A stretch of DNA of 64,000 nucleotides from Sphingomonadales bacterium. Its GTDB lineage: Bacteria > Bacteroidota > Bacteroidia > NS11-12g > UBA955. The notes beneath the pieces are model-generated. The model saw nothing but the letters and a program-made list of their open reading frames with translations, did not search any database and was not told the origin of the DNA. Of this stretch, positions 45,665 to 56,970 are shown piece after piece (position 1 is the first letter of the stretch; every line of letters begins with the position of its first letter). The stretch is taken from contig VHBA01000006.1 in assembly GCA_016872175.1 (NCBI GenBank), positions 5,042 to 69,041 of the forward strand, read 5' to 3'. Made by a program: the position numbers and the translations under genes.

Positions 45665-45932
45665 GAAGGTTCAAAATTACGGGAAATATGAGTTGACAGT
45701 TGATAGTCTACAGTTTTCGTTGGAAGTTGAAAGTTAGGAGTCATGAGTTGAAGTCCGCGATTTTCGCTGCTTTCTAACCACCATTAAACCATGAGACGAA
45801 TAAACAAGTTACTATGCACGAATAACGGTGTCCGTTTTTAAAGTTCAGCGATTGGTTTGCTGAGCCGCTTGTTTGCTCAAATCAAATAAACTCCATTAAT
45901 CAATACAGCAGCCCCCATTATCTTTGCCTCGC

Positions 45933-46532
45933 ATGCAATCCTTATACCGCGCAATTTCCTATGGTTTTTATCCCGGCAGTATGGCTGTTTTAGGACTTGG
46001 CATTGCGCATTTTAACAGTCCTGTTTCTGTTTTGGTTTGGACGATATTTTTGTGTGGCATTGTGGTATTACCTCTCCTGACCTTGTTTCTTTTTATGCGT
46101 CTGGGAAAGGTTTCGGACATTTTTATTTTTCAGCGTGAACAACGACACGGTTTGTATGTGTTGGGCGTCGTTTTTTCAGCACTTTCTGGTTGGTTTATTT
46201 TTTGTGAAAACGCCACATATGCCGCAGTTTGGAGTATGTGTAATATGGTTGTGCTTTTTTTGCTGTTAATTATCAATTTCATGGGATACAAAATATCGGC
46301 ACACATGGCAGGTGCAGCGGGATTACTGGGTTGGGTAATTTGTTTGCAACTCATCGGATGGGCTTTTTTTATAACATTGCTTTTGGTGATTTTGGTATAT
46401 GTCGCCCGAAAAGGATTGTCTGCCCACAGCCATTTTGAACTTATTATCGGTTTTTGCCTCGGATTATTTGTTACATTTGCATTAGCTTCTTTCTTGCTAA
46501 CCTACTATGGATTCTCCTGCAGTTTTGTATGA
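45933..46532 (+). CDS. polytopic membrane protein, hypothetical (weak PAP2-like motifs)
   Basis: About 6 TM helices. KISAHMAG and ARKGLSAHSHFE loosely resemble PAP2 motifs 2 and 3. Low functional confidence. Confidence 0.5.
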   Translation: MQSLYRAISYGFYPGSMAVLGLGIAHFNSPVSVLVWTIFLCGIVVLPLLTLFLFMRLGKVSDIFIFQREQRHGLYVLGVVFSALSGWFIFCENATYAAVWSMCNMVVLFLLLIINFMGYKISAHMAGAAGLLGWVICLQLIGWAFFITLLLVILVYVARKGLSAHSHFELIIGFCLGLFVTFALASFLLTYYGFSCSFV

Positions 46533-47289
46533 AAATAAGGGCAATGTAGCCCACATTACCCTGAATAGACCTGATGTTTTTAATGCATTTAATGATGATC
46601 AGAGCTATCAGCTGCAGGATGTGCTGAAGCAGGCTGGCAAGGACGATGATGTTCGTGTGCTTGTTCTGACAGGAGCAGGTAAGGCCTTTTGCAGCGGACA
46701 GGATTTAAAGGCTATCGCAGGCAGCAAAAACCGCAGTCTGAGTGAAAGTCTTTACAAGCGTTACAATCCTATAATCCGTGCCATGCGCGAAATGCCAAAA
46801 CCGATTATCGGCAGGATAAACGGTGTGGCAGCAGGTGCGGGTGCATCGCTGGCACTGGCCTGCGACTTTATTGTTGCAGCCGAACATGTTTCACTGATTG
46901 AAGTTTTTGTCAATGTGGGTCTGGTACCCGATAGTGGAAGCAGCTATTTTCTGCCCAAAGCTATTTCGCCTGCCCGTGCTTTTGAAATGTGCACCATGGC
47001 ACAGAAGGTAACAGCGCAGCAGGCACTGGAATGGGGGCTAATCAACCGGGTGGTGGCGGCAGATTTGCTGGATGAAGAAGTAAACAAAGCGGCGGAGTAT
47101 TACGCCAACGCACCTACACTCGCCATTGGCATGATTAAAAAGATGCTGAATAAGGCTACCTATTCTGATTTGGAAACCATGCTGCAATATGAAGCCTATT
47201 GTCAGGAGATAGCCGGCAGGAGTGAGGATTATCGCGAAGGGGTAACTGCGTTCAATGAGAAGAGGAAACCGGAATTTAAAGGAAAATAA
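46507..47289 (+). CDS. enoyl-CoA hydratase/isomerase family protein
   Basis: ITLNRPDVFNAF...LTGAGKAFCSGQDLK...GVAAGAGASLALACD crotonase signature. Confidence 0.88.
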   Translation: MDSPAVLYENKGNVAHITLNRPDVFNAFNDDQSYQLQDVLKQAGKDDDVRVLVLTGAGKAFCSGQDLKAIAGSKNRSLSESLYKRYNPIIRAMREMPKPIIGRINGVAAGAGASLALACDFIVAAEHVSLIEVFVNVGLVPDSGSSYFLPKAISPARAFEMCTMAQKVTAQQALEWGLINRVVAADLLDEEVNKAAEYYANAPTLAIGMIKKMLNKATYSDLETMLQYEAYCQEIAGRSEDYREGVTAFNEKRKPEFKGK

Positions 47290-47293
47290 ATAG

Positions 47294-48649
47294 ATGAGAT
47301 ATTTTTACCTGATACTTTTTACCCTTACCATTAATTTTGCCCAGGCACAAATACCTGCCATAGACCGCTGCGGTTACGATCAGGTATTGGAAAACCTGGA
47401 AAAGCAGTATCCCGGCTTCAGGTCAGCATATGATAAAGCCTATATCCAAAGTATAAACGGTCCCCGGGTACTTCCCAGAAAACTAAAAATTAAGGATACC
47501 ACCTATTTTCTGGATACAATCTATACAATTCCTGTTGTTTTTCATATTTTATATAACAATGCCAATGAGAATATTCAAGACAGTCTTATATTCAATCAGC
47601 TGGAGGTACTAAATCAGGATTTTAGCCGGTTGAATCCGGATACAGGCAATACACGAAGTATCTTCAAAAGCCGGGCCGGTAGCACTCGTTTCAAATTTGA
47701 ACTTGCCACAACAGATCCTTCCGGTAACCCCACTTCAGGTATTGTTCGCAAAAGCACAACGTTAACCAATTTCAATACGAGCAATGACAATATAAAATTC
47801 ACGGCTCAGGGAGGTGATAACGTATGGAATGCTACCAAATATCTGAATGTTTGGGTTGGAGATCTTCAGGTACCCAATCAGGGAAGTATTGTTCTGGGTT
47901 ACGCTTACCCGCCTTACGGCCATCCCTTCTGGCCGAATTCATCTTGGGTTGCGAACAGCAATCAGGGGGTAGTACTGCATTATCAGGTTGTGGGAAGAAA
48001 TAACCCAAGGGCTACAGGAGCGCTTGCTACCAGTAAAAAAGGTCGCGTTGCCACACATGAATTCGGACATTTTTTTGGACTTCGTCACATCTGGGGCGAC
48101 CCGATCTTTACATCCGGATGTTCTGTAGATGATTATTTATATGACACTCCCAATCAGGGCAGCCGCAGCAATTTTATCTGCAATTTTGGCGCGAACACCT
48201 GTTTTGATGCCAAAGATGATTTGCCGGATATGGTTGAAAACTACATGGATTATAGTTCAGAAACCTGCCAGAATATGTTTACCCGTCAGCAAATTCAGGT
48301 GATGCGCTCTGCCATTAAAGATTACCGCTCCTCGCTGCCGATTAAGGTTGAAATTGTACAGCGAATGCGCATTTTTGATACATTCGTTTACAATGAAGTG
48401 AAGATATTTGCCCGCAACACTAATCAGACTGCGGTAGTGGAATTAACAAACGAAGAGCTGCTAAACACCCTGACACTGGATGTGTATGATGCTGCAGGGC
48501 GAGCTATTTTTCAAAATATGCCTCTGAAGCGCAACGAAGAAATTATCTCAACCATTCGTTTTGCTCCCGGTGTTTATGTGTTTCAGCTGAGGCGCGCTGA
48601 TACGAAAAAACCGGTTAAAACAGAAAAATTATACATCAACAAAAGTTGA
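47294..48649 (+). CDS. M43 (pappalysin/cytophagalysin-like) zinc metallopeptidase with T9SS type-A C-terminal domain
   Basis: HEFGHFFGLRHIWGD zinc site. Signal peptide. C-terminal about 80 aa beta-rich tail (LTLDVYDAAGRAIF...GVYVFQLRR...) typical of Por secretion tails. Confidence 0.8.
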   Translation: MRYFYLILFTLTINFAQAQIPAIDRCGYDQVLENLEKQYPGFRSAYDKAYIQSINGPRVLPRKLKIKDTTYFLDTIYTIPVVFHILYNNANENIQDSLIFNQLEVLNQDFSRLNPDTGNTRSIFKSRAGSTRFKFELATTDPSGNPTSGIVRKSTTLTNFNTSNDNIKFTAQGGDNVWNATKYLNVWVGDLQVPNQGSIVLGYAYPPYGHPFWPNSSWVANSNQGVVLHYQVVGRNNPRATGALATSKKGRVATHEFGHFFGLRHIWGDPIFTSGCSVDDYLYDTPNQGSRSNFICNFGANTCFDAKDDLPDMVENYMDYSSETCQNMFTRQQIQVMRSAIKDYRSSLPIKVEIVQRMRIFDTFVYNEVKIFARNTNQTAVVELTNEELLNTLTLDVYDAAGRAIFQNMPLKRNEEIISTIRFAPGVYVFQLRRADTKKPVKTEKLYINKS

Positions 48650-49350
48650 GCAGCGGCAAACTCTACCTGGTGGCCACGCCGGTTGGCAATTTGTCAGACA
48701 TGACATTCAGGGCGGTGGAAACGCTCAAAGCGGTGGATGCCGTGTTTGCAGAAGATACACGCAACAGTAAAGTTTTATTCAATCATTACGGCATACAAAC
48801 CCCGCTTGAGTCTTTGCATCAACACAATGAGCACCAGCGGTTGGCGGGTATTTTAGATCGCCTTAAAAAAGGGGCCGTTCTGGCCCAGATTTCGGATGCG
48901 GGCACGCCCGGCATTTCAGATCCCGGGTTTTTGCTGGCAAGAGCTTGCGTTGAAAATGATATCCCTGTTGAGGTGATTCCCGGTGCAACAGCATTTATTC
49001 CGGCCTTGCTAAAAAGTGGATTTGCCCTCCACCGGTTTGTATTTGAAGGTTTTTTACCCCAGAAAAAAGGGCGACAGACCAAGTTGATGCAAATGTTGCA
49101 GCAACCGTGTACGGTGGTGTTTTATGAAAGTCCGCATAAACTGCTCAAAACCCTGCAGGCACTCAAGGAATTGGGTGCGGGTGATCGAAAAATCAGTATA
49201 AGCAGGGAGCTTACAAAAAAATTTGAAGAAACGGTAAACGGCTCCGTGGAAATGATGATTAGTCATTTTACCCAACACGCACCCAAGGGTGAATTTGTTG
49301 TGGTATTGCAAGGTACCGACTACGCAAATGATAACGGCCATGATGACTAG
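48646..49350 (+). CDS. rsmI: 16S rRNA (cytidine1402-2'-O)-methyltransferase
   Basis: GKLYLVATPVGNLSDMTFRAVETL...AEDTR...ISDAGTPGISDPG motifs. TTG start overlapping the upstream stop. Confidence 0.88.
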   Translation: MSSGKLYLVATPVGNLSDMTFRAVETLKAVDAVFAEDTRNSKVLFNHYGIQTPLESLHQHNEHQRLAGILDRLKKGAVLAQISDAGTPGISDPGFLLARACVENDIPVEVIPGATAFIPALLKSGFALHRFVFEGFLPQKKGRQTKLMQMLQQPCTVVFYESPHKLLKTLQALKELGAGDRKISISRELTKKFEETVNGSVEMMISHFTQHAPKGEFVVVLQGTDYANDNGHDD

Positions 49351-50923
49351 GTGGAAATGGCTGTATTACCTATTGGCCCCCGGATTGTGCCTCTGGCTGG
49401 CCTGGCCACCTATTGGCATTTTTGTGTTGTTGTTTGTGGGTTTTGTGCCACTTTTGCAACAACAGGAAGAATGGCAACAGCGAAATAGGCTGCAGTGGTG
49501 GATTCGCTTATATGGTTCCCTGTTTTTCTGGAACCTGTTTACCACATGGTGGGTATGGAACAGTACGGTGCCGGGTGCCATAACTATGCTGGTACTGAAT
49601 ACGCTATTCATGACATTTCCCTGGATGCTGTACAGGTATGCTCGCAAAAAGCTGGGAGATCCTGCCATATATCTGTTTGTGGTTTTCTGGCTTACCTATG
49701 AATTTCTCCACCACCGCTGGGATTTGAGCTGGCCCTGGTTAACACTGGGCAACGGACTGGCATCGGCCCCCTGGCTGGTGCAGTGGTACGATATTACAGG
49801 CACGCTGGGCGGCTCTGCTTTTGCGCTGGCTATGAATGTGCTAATCTGGAAAACCTGGAAATACCGCAGCCGGAATTATGGATTGGGTGCCACAGCATTG
49901 CTGGTTTTTGTGTGGTTATCTTCTGTCTTCAATGCCTGGAAATGGGAGAAAACAGTAAAGCCCGATACAACAGTAAATGTAACAATATGTCAGCCCAGTT
50001 ATGATCCATGGACTGAGAAATTTGCCCGGCCTTCGTCTGAAATGGTGGCCGAGATGATTGCCCTTAGCAAAAAGGCAGTAGATAAAAACACATACCTGTT
50101 GGTATGGCCCGAAACCAGCATCACATCATCCATTGACGTGAACTATCCACAGCAGCATCCTGATGTGTCAGCTATAGCTACACTCAGAAAGGAATTTCCG
50201 TCTCTGCAAATACTTTCGGGCGCGGATATGCAGCAGGTGTACGAGAACTGCACATCACGTCCCAATAGCACAGCGCGCCCTACACAGGATCCCAGGCTTT
50301 GGTGGAATGCGTATAATAGTGCGGTGCTGATTGGGGATAGACCCCTTCAGTATTACCACAAAAACATATTGGTGCCCGGCACTGAGCAAATGCCGTTCGT
50401 GCAGCATTTTCCATGGATAGACAAACTGGCTGTGAAGCTGGATGAGAATTCTATTTCGGGTAGCTTGGGTAAAAGCCCTGCCCCGGTAGTTTTTAATGCA
50501 GGTAAGATAAAAGTAGCACCCATCATTTGCTACGAGAGCATTTATGGTGATTATACAGGCCGCTTTGTGAAAGACAGTGCCGATGTGTTGTGCGTAATTA
50601 CCAACGATGCCTGGTGGGGAAATACACCCGGCTACAAGCAGCACCTGGCATACGCGCAACTGCGGGCTATAGAACACCGCCGGTGGCTTGTTAGGAGTGC
50701 CAATACAGGAATTTCAGGGTTTATCAATCCTTACGGTGAAATTGTGAAAGCTACAAATTGGTGGGAAAAGACGGCCATTTCCGCAGAGCTGAATATTGAC
50801 AGCAGCCGCAAAATGACCTTGTATTCCCGCATGGGAGATCTGGTTTGGCTGATAATACTGAGTTTAATTTGCTTCTTGCTGGGCACTGCCTATTACCTGC
50901 GATTGCGCAAAGTCACGGTTTAA
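49340..50923 (+). CDS. lnt: apolipoprotein N-acyltransferase
   Basis: Multi-TM N-half plus C-terminal CN-hydrolase domain (LLVWPETS, APIICYESIY, VRSANTGISG). Start trimmed to MMTRWKW. Confidence 0.82.
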   Translation: MMTRWKWLYYLLAPGLCLWLAWPPIGIFVLLFVGFVPLLQQQEEWQQRNRLQWWIRLYGSLFFWNLFTTWWVWNSTVPGAITMLVLNTLFMTFPWMLYRYARKKLGDPAIYLFVVFWLTYEFLHHRWDLSWPWLTLGNGLASAPWLVQWYDITGTLGGSAFALAMNVLIWKTWKYRSRNYGLGATALLVFVWLSSVFNAWKWEKTVKPDTTVNVTICQPSYDPWTEKFARPSSEMVAEMIALSKKAVDKNTYLLVWPETSITSSIDVNYPQQHPDVSAIATLRKEFPSLQILSGADMQQVYENCTSRPNSTARPTQDPRLWWNAYNSAVLIGDRPLQYYHKNILVPGTEQMPFVQHFPWIDKLAVKLDENSISGSLGKSPAPVVFNAGKIKVAPIICYESIYGDYTGRFVKDSADVLCVITNDAWWGNTPGYKQHLAYAQLRAIEHRRWLVRSANTGISGFINPYGEIVKATNWWEKTAISAELNIDSSRKMTLYSRMGDLVWLIILSLICFLLGTAYYLRLRKVTV

Positions 50924-52014
50924 ACGCCACGTGTAATACTTCTTATTACATCAAACCCCTGCAAAAACTCCTTGGCAATAATTCTGAGCATGGTGTACAC
51001 CGGTGCAGCCACAATCATACCGCCTAGTCCGGCCAGCTGAAAGCCCGCCAGCACCACAAAAAAGAGTTCCAGGGGATGAACTTTGAGTGAATTTGAGAAA
51101 ATGAGGGGATAGGATACCAGGTTATCCAGCAAAATAGCCACAAGAAAAACAGTGGCTACTTCCATCAGATGTGGCATAATGGAAGTATAGAAATCCGCAC
51201 CTACGTGCCCGCCGATGCTGAATAATAAGGCAAAGGACAGCCCTAAGGCAGGGCCAATATAGCTAATCAGGTTCATCAATCCGCAGAATACGGCGATAGT
51301 GAGTGCATAGGGCTCCCCTACAATACTCAGTCCAATGAAAATGTAGCTTCCAAATACGAGTATCTGTAGCAGTATGCTTCTGAAATATTTGCCCAGCAGT
51401 TTTTGTATCGCCCTCAGCACCTTTTGCATACGGGGTTCAACATTATCCGGGGTTAGCGTATGAATGAGTCGATAAAGAAGAAATTTTTCTTTTAGGAAGA
51501 AGAAAGTTATGAATTGAACAGAGAAAATCCATCCGCCTGCGGTGCTTACTCCACTTAAGATACCCTCAACAGCGGTGCGTATGTCGGTGGTTTGGACCCA
51601 ATGCATAAAATCCTGTTTAATGTGCTCAGCATTAAACAACTGACCATCTATACCCCATGTTCCAAGGTAGTTTTGTAAATCAGCCAGCGGAGTCCCAAAA
51701 CTGCGTTTAAAATCTTCGTTGGAGATTTGACTGATTCTGTCTGCCTGTTCCAGAAGCGGAGGTATAATCAAACGCAGCAAACCAAAAACAGCAATCAGCA
51801 GAACTGCAATAATGCTGATGGCATAAATCCAGCGGGGCAGGGGTTTCTTCTTCCATCTTACATACTTTTCCAACCCGGCCATTAATGGTGCTGCGATAAA
51901 GTTTATGAGCGCCGCTACCAGAAAATATGCGATTACACTACGGAGATACCAGGCCGCAATGAGGGTAACTACCAGGGCTACCCTGCCTATCCATTTTTTA
52001 TGCTTCGGGCTCAA
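50920..52014 (-). CDS. AI-2E family transporter (PerM-like permease)
   Basis: 364 aa polytopic protein with the AI-2E-like helix pattern (family recalled from memory). Its stop overlaps the lnt stop by 4 nt. Confidence 0.7.
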   Translation of the reverse strand: MSPKHKKWIGRVALVVTLIAAWYLRSVIAYFLVAALINFIAAPLMAGLEKYVRWKKKPLPRWIYAISIIAVLLIAVFGLLRLIIPPLLEQADRISQISNEDFKRSFGTPLADLQNYLGTWGIDGQLFNAEHIKQDFMHWVQTTDIRTAVEGILSGVSTAGGWIFSVQFITFFFLKEKFLLYRLIHTLTPDNVEPRMQKVLRAIQKLLGKYFRSILLQILVFGSYIFIGLSIVGEPYALTIAVFCGLMNLISYIGPALGLSFALLFSIGGHVGADFYTSIMPHLMEVATVFLVAILLDNLVSYPLIFSNSLKVHPLELFFVVLAGFQLAGLGGMIVAAPVYTMLRIIAKEFLQGFDVIRSITRGV

Positions 52015-54028
52015 TAACGGGGTTGTCTTCTGCGGGTGCTTCCGGTTCTGTGGTTTCCGGTATTACAGGTTCAGTGGCTTGTTCTGTAGTTTCGGCACTG
52101 ATAACAGGTTCCTTATCAAAAGGACGTTTTCCAATCAGCCTTTCAAGATCCGACTGAAAAAGGATTTCTTTTTGCAACAATTCCTCTGCCACGGATTTTA
52201 GCTCGTCTTTCTTTTCGTTCAGCAGATTCTTGCAGCGTGTGTAGGCACCGGCAATGATACTGCGCACTTCTTCATCAATCAGTTCGGAAGTTTTTTCGCT
52301 GTAGGGCTTTTGGTAGCCATATTCACCCTGAGGGTCATAAAAGGAAAGATTGCCTACCTTGTCGCTCATACCATAAATGGTTACCATGCTATATGCCATT
52401 TTGGTAATGCGTTCCAGGTCATTCTGGGCCCCGGTACTGATTTTTCCAAAGAAAATGTCCTCTGCGGCCCGGCCACCCAATGTCATACACATGCTATCCA
52501 ACAATTGCTCTGTGCGATACAGATATTGTTCCTTGGGCAGATATTGTGCGTATCCCAAAGCAGCCACACCGCGGGGAACGATGCTCACTTTCAGCAGGGG
52601 ATCGGCATTTTCGAGGAACCAGCCTGCGATGGCATGTCCGGCCTCGTGGTAAGCTACAATTTGCTTTTCCTCGGGAGATATGATTTTATTTTTCTTTTCC
52701 AATCCACCGATGACGCGATCGATGGCATCCTGAAAATCCTGCATGTCTACATGCTCTTTGCCATGGCGCGCAGCAATCAGGGCCGCTTCATTGCAAACAT
52801 TGGCAATTTCAGCACCGGCAAATCCCGGGGTTTGTGCGGCCAGTTTATGGGCATCCACATCGCCAGCCAGTTTGGTAAGCGGTTTCAGGTGAACCTTAAA
52901 GATTTGTTCCCTGCCTGCAATGTCGGGCCTATCGACAGAAATTTGTCTGTCAAATCGCCCCGGACGCAGCAGTGCACTGTCAAGAATATCTGGGCGGTTG
53001 GTGGCGGCCATTATGATGACACCACTGTCTGTTCCAAAACCGTCCATTTCGGCCAGCAGCTGATTCAATGTATTCTCGCGTTCATCGTTGCTGCCCTGCA
53101 CCAGGTTTTTACCACGGGCACGCCCAACGGCATCAATTTCATCAATAAAAATGATACATGGTGCTTTTTCTTTGGCTTGTTTGAAAAGGTCACGCACACG
53201 GCTGGCACCCACACCCACAAACATTTCCACGAAATCGGAACCTGAAAGCGAGAAGAAAGGCACGCCTGCTTCGCCTGCAACTGCTTTAGCCAGGAGGGTT
53301 TTACCCGTACCGGGAGGGCCTACCAGCAGCACGCCTTTGGGAATTTTACCTCCCAGGTTGGTATATTTCTTTGGATTTTTCAGGAAGTCTACCACTTCCA
53401 TTACTTCCACCTTGGCTTCTTCGAGTCCTGCTACATCCTTGAAAGATATATTAACCTTGGTGTCTTTGTCAAAAAGCTGTGCCCTGGCACGTCCAATGCT
53501 GAAAATATTGGAACCGCTTCCACCTCCACCTCCGCCTACACGGCGGAAAAGGATGCTCCAGAAGATCAGGAAAATGCCAATGAAAAAAAGCCACTGAAAC
53601 AACTGACCCATAAAGTCGCTGTGCGATTCATAGGCTATGGGAGGAATTGGAGTGTCAATTTTCTTATCCTTGAATTCTTCCTTTAAATCTTTGATTTCGT
53701 TATTGAAATAGCCTTTTTCAATCTCAAAATAATAATTGGGCTGATTAGAACCTAACAGATCTTCTTTTTTGGTGTTCCCTTTGTGTTCATCTTTTTTCAA
53801 AGCTTCCCTGGTAAGGTAAATTTCTGCCAGTTGCTCATTTACGATGGTTATTTTTTCAACATCACCTTGTAAAATCATCTGCCGAACCTCGGTCCAGTTG
53901 GTGCTTTTGCCAGCACTGCGTGGCAAGAATGTGAGAACAAGCATCACGATGAAGATGACGCCGTAAATCCAGTAAGGATTAAATTTAAAACCGCCGGGTT
54001 TGGGTTTGTTGTTGTTAATTTCGCTCAT
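51998..54028 (-). CDS. ftsH: ATP-dependent zinc metalloprotease FtsH
   Basis: Walker [12 protein letters not shown], Walker [32 protein letters not shown], zinc site HEAGHAI. Confidence 0.95.
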   Translation of the reverse strand: MSEINNNKPKPGGFKFNPYWIYGVIFIVMLVLTFLPRSAGKSTNWTEVRQMILQGDVEKITIVNEQLAEIYLTREALKKDEHKGNTKKEDLLGSNQPNYYFEIEKGYFNNEIKDLKEEFKDKKIDTPIPPIAYESHSDFMGQLFQWLFFIGIFLIFWSILFRRVGGGGGGSGSNIFSIGRARAQLFDKDTKVNISFKDVAGLEEAKVEVMEVVDFLKNPKKYTNLGGKIPKGVLLVGPPGTGKTLLAKAVAGEAGVPFFSLSGSDFVEMFVGVGASRVRDLFKQAKEKAPCIIFIDEIDAVGRARGKNLVQGSNDERENTLNQLLAEMDGFGTDSGVIIMAATNRPDILDSALLRPGRFDRQISVDRPDIAGREQIFKVHLKPLTKLAGDVDAHKLAAQTPGFAGAEIANVCNEAALIAARHGKEHVDMQDFQDAIDRVIGGLEKKNKIISPEEKQIVAYHEAGHAIAGWFLENADPLLKVSIVPRGVAALGYAQYLPKEQYLYRTEQLLDSMCMTLGGRAAEDIFFGKISTGAQNDLERITKMAYSMVTIYGMSDKVGNLSFYDPQGEYGYQKPYSEKTSELIDEEVRSIIAGAYTRCKNLLNEKKDELKSVAEELLQKEILFQSDLERLIGKRPFDKEPVISAETTEQATEPVIPETTEPEAPAEDNPVIEPEA

Positions 54029-54138
54029 TACTCTGTTAAATATCTGATAGCAAAAGGTGAGCCAAACAGAATTACACTACAAAGCTACTATTTATACCTG
54101 CCAAATACCACATTTCTCCCAATTTGTATTATCATGTG

Positions 54139-54168
54139 TAAAAAAACCCTGCCATTTTAGCAGGGTTC
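54139..54168 (-). terminator. rho-independent terminator after the 934-aa GH13 gene
   Basis: AACCCTGC (54145-54152) / GCAGGGTT (54160-54167) stem with a 7-nt loop. On the minus strand it is followed by a U-run (complement of the A-run at 54139-54146). Confidence 0.65.
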
Positions 54169-54186
54169 TAAAAAAGACAGTTATTA

Positions 54187-56949
54187 TTAGTGTTGAATCA
54201 GCGTTTTAACAGACCAGTTGCCAAATTGCGATTTCCCATGTATTAAATACACCCCGGCAGGCCATTCCCTGGTATTAATTTTTATGCCATCGAATGCAGA
54301 ATTGCCTGTGAAAACCACCCTCCCGGATATGTCTCTTACGTTTATCAGCATGGACTCTGAGGTTAGAAGATGCAGATTGTCGGAAGCCGGGTTTGGATAT
54401 GCAATTATACCGGTTGAACCTTTAACTTTTCCCGCACTGTTGGGTATTTGCACCTTGGACTGAAGCTCCATTTTTTTGTTGGTAAACAATCGGTAAGCAC
54501 CGGCCGCCAAAGTTATGGGCATGTTTTTGTTTGTCACACGCAGGCTGTCGCCCGAAAACACTTCATACCATTTGCCGGTATCATGAAAATCATAGGTGGT
54601 ATTAACAGAAACAACATCTGTATTGGCAATTACATGAACATAGTGGTTAAAATACTGCAGCCATGCTTTTTTTACCCTGCCGCTGAGGTCGAAATTGTTA
54701 TAGGTGGTATGGAAAACAGGGTACTTATTTCGCAGGTTCATCATGGTAGAATATACCTGATGCAGGCTTTGACGGTTTGGCTCAGTGAGGTAATTCCAGC
54801 GGATGGGTTTTTCACCGGTGCGGCCATTGGTGTTGATGCCTACATCATAACCGAGTTCACCAAACTGCCATACCATTTTAGGGCCGGGTACGCTAAAGAA
54901 CAGCACAGCTGCCATCTCACAACGCTTCAGGCCTGTGGGGGTCTGCTTGATGTTATACGCACCATTGACATTGCCAAAATTGATGTTTTTATACATCATG
55001 CGTTCCTCATCATGGCTTTCCATGTAAGAAACCAGGTTGGGATTGCTCCAGCCGCGGTTTTTATAGTTGCTGAACCAGGCAATATCGTAATTATAGCCCA
55101 TGGCAACCTCCGTGTAAGCTGTATTGCCATTGCCCCAGAGCATAAAGCCTTCATTGGATAATTCTGTTTCCTCGCTGTTGTCGGCAAAGTGTTCCAGAAT
55201 TAGGACTGCATTGTTATCATAGCTGCGAATGGCATCGCGCATGCGTTTGAGCAGGTAGATGCGGCTGCCATCATATTGGCCCCAGGCACCGGTATTTCCC
55301 AGTGTGTTTTTCTGGGTGAATCCTTTGGAAAGATCAAAACGGAAGCCATCTGCTTTGAATTCTGTGAGCCAGTATTTGATAACGCGATCCATGTATTGTT
55401 GGGTAAATTGGCTTTCATGATTGAAATCATATCCCACATTAAAATCATGTTTAGCAACAGGATTTAACCAAGGGTTGTTATCTGCCGGTTGGTTAAGGGC
55501 ACTGTTCCAATACAGGTGGCACATGGTATTTTGTCCAAAAACATGATTAAACACCACATCCAAAAACACTGCAATTCCCTGTTTGTGGCATTCATCAATG
55601 AATGCTTTGAGTTGATTGGCATTGCCATAATATTTGTCGAGGGCCATGTGGTAGGAGACATTGTATCCCCAGCTTGAGTTACCCTCGAACTCATTTACAG
55701 GCATGAGTTTGATGGCATTAACGCCCAGTTTTTTCAAATAAGGAAGCGTGTCTTTCAAAACCGTGTATGAATGGGCTGCAATGAAATCCCGAATGTGCAA
55801 TTCGTAAATGTTCAGCTGCCCAACATTTTTAACCGTGAAGGTGTCATGTTTCCACGCGTAGGAAGCTTTTCCGGGTTGGATAACCGAAACGAGACCGGTG
55901 GTTTTTCCGGCAGGGTAATTGGGCAAACCGGGAAAATCTGATTTGTTTATAAAACCATCATTCCAGTTATCCAAAACAAGCTCACTGAGCGGATCCGCTT
56001 CCCTGAATAATCCGTCTACAAGGTACTGATATCCGTATTGCTGCCCCTTTTTCAAACCTGATACCCTTACCCACCAGCGATTTCCGTCAGGGGTTTTCTT
56101 CATAAAATATTGGGTTAATGGTTGCCAGCTGTTGAAATCTCCTATCACATACGCATATTTTTTACCCGGTGCTACCAATGAAAATAGCAAGGTGCTATCG
56201 TTGATATAGTTGGCTCCGTCAACCATTCCCGCAGGCAGCGCCTCGGTAACAACAGCCGGATTGATGGTAATATAAATGGTATCGCTGGCTGAGAGGCTTC
56301 CCTTCTGAGCACGCGCTACATAGGTGTATCTTCCTGCAGCCCTTCCGCTAATGGTCTTTGTGAAGGTAGTCGTTGTCTGGGTATCAAGCTGGACGCCATT
56401 TTCGAAGAGGGTGATTTTGGCAGATTCCGAAGCTTTTGCCTCAAATGTAATATTGTCTGTTGTTTCAAAAATACCCGGAATTTCGGCAGGTTTGGTAAAA
56501 CTGATTTTCAGCCCGGGAGGGAAAATATCGGCATAAATGTCTGTGCCATCCGCGTTTCTGCCCACTTTATTTCCGGCTTTATCCCTAAAAACAGCGGCAA
56601 TTTTCTTGATGGTTTCACCGCCCGGTACACCGTAAAATGTGGGGATGTAAATCTTTATTTTATAAATATTGTTGCCGGTATATGTCATTTTGCGGGGTAA
56701 ATCATCAGTGCCCCAAACACCTTTAACATAGCGCCAGTTTGAGTTTCCGGTGCTGATATTGGTGATTACGCCGGTGTGAATGTAGACATCGGGTGGTCCC
56801 AGATCCTTCAAAGCAGCATTCCCTTTTGTAGCATCATAATAGATGGTAACACTGTCATTTTGTGATGCAAACACAGGGTCTAATGTCATCTGCGCGGAAG
56901 CATAACTGCTTAATAAAAGCGCAGAAACGATAGTAATTAATTTAGACAT
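54187..56949 (-). CDS. GH13 alpha-amylase-family enzyme (CBM48-like module; pullulanase/amylase type) with T9SS type-A C-terminal domain
   Basis: GH13 regions LDVVFNHV, DGFRFDLSKG, LILEHFAD and SHDE. E-set/CBM48-like YVIGDFNSWQP. C-terminal IAYPNPASDNLHLL...GVYLIHGK sorting tail. Start trimmed to MSKLITIV. Confidence 0.82.
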   Translation of the reverse strand: MSKLITIVSALLLSSYASAQMTLDPVFASQNDSVTIYYDATKGNAALKDLGPPDVYIHTGVITNISTGNSNWRYVKGVWGTDDLPRKMTYTGNNIYKIKIYIPTFYGVPGGETIKKIAAVFRDKAGNKVGRNADGTDIYADIFPPGLKISFTKPAEIPGIFETTDNITFEAKASESAKITLFENGVQLDTQTTTTFTKTISGRAAGRYTYVARAQKGSLSASDTIYITINPAVVTEALPAGMVDGANYINDSTLLFSLVAPGKKYAYVIGDFNSWQPLTQYFMKKTPDGNRWWVRVSGLKKGQQYGYQYLVDGLFREADPLSELVLDNWNDGFINKSDFPGLPNYPAGKTTGLVSVIQPGKASYAWKHDTFTVKNVGQLNIYELHIRDFIAAHSYTVLKDTLPYLKKLGVNAIKLMPVNEFEGNSSWGYNVSYHMALDKYYGNANQLKAFIDECHKQGIAVFLDVVFNHVFGQNTMCHLYWNSALNQPADNNPWLNPVAKHDFNVGYDFNHESQFTQQYMDRVIKYWLTEFKADGFRFDLSKGFTQKNTLGNTGAWGQYDGSRIYLLKRMRDAIRSYDNNAVLILEHFADNSEETELSNEGFMLWGNGNTAYTEVAMGYNYDIAWFSNYKNRGWSNPNLVSYMESHDEERMMYKNINFGNVNGAYNIKQTPTGLKRCEMAAVLFFSVPGPKMVWQFGELGYDVGINTNGRTGEKPIRWNYLTEPNRQSLHQVYSTMMNLRNKYPVFHTTYNNFDLSGRVKKAWLQYFNHYVHVIANTDVVSVNTTYDFHDTGKWYEVFSGDSLRVTNKNMPITLAAGAYRLFTNKKMELQSKVQIPNSAGKVKGSTGIIAYPNPASDNLHLLTSESMLINVRDISGRVVFTGNSAFDGIKINTREWPAGVYLIHGKSQFGNWSVKTLIQH

Positions 56950-56970
56950 GGCTATGTTCTCAAATTTAGC

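Noticed and set aside
50920-50923. Four-nt overlap of the convergent lnt and AI-2E-transporter stop codons (TTAA), and other convergent pairs with 3-6 nt gaps (2837/2844, 22373/22379, 39854/39858)
   Set aside because: This is real in the sequence but is a common consequence of compact genomes. No hairpin or other structure is associated, so it is not pursued as a regulatory feature.
52310-53245. Long antisense ORFs inside well-supported genes (52310-53245 in ftsH; also 5176-5823 in pdhB, 19047-19763 in the giant adhesin, 34549-35100, 36246-36827, 45194-45691, 54448-55161, 41995-42423)
   Set aside because: Each is opposite a gene with unambiguous family motifs. None has a recognisable motif or a plausible start context. 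They are treated as shadow ORFs.
54074-54077. ATTACAC half-site upstream of ftsH as a fourth NrtR-type operator
   Set aside because: The position 7 nt upstream reads CAAA, not GTGT, so there is no palindrome. Only a chance half-site.
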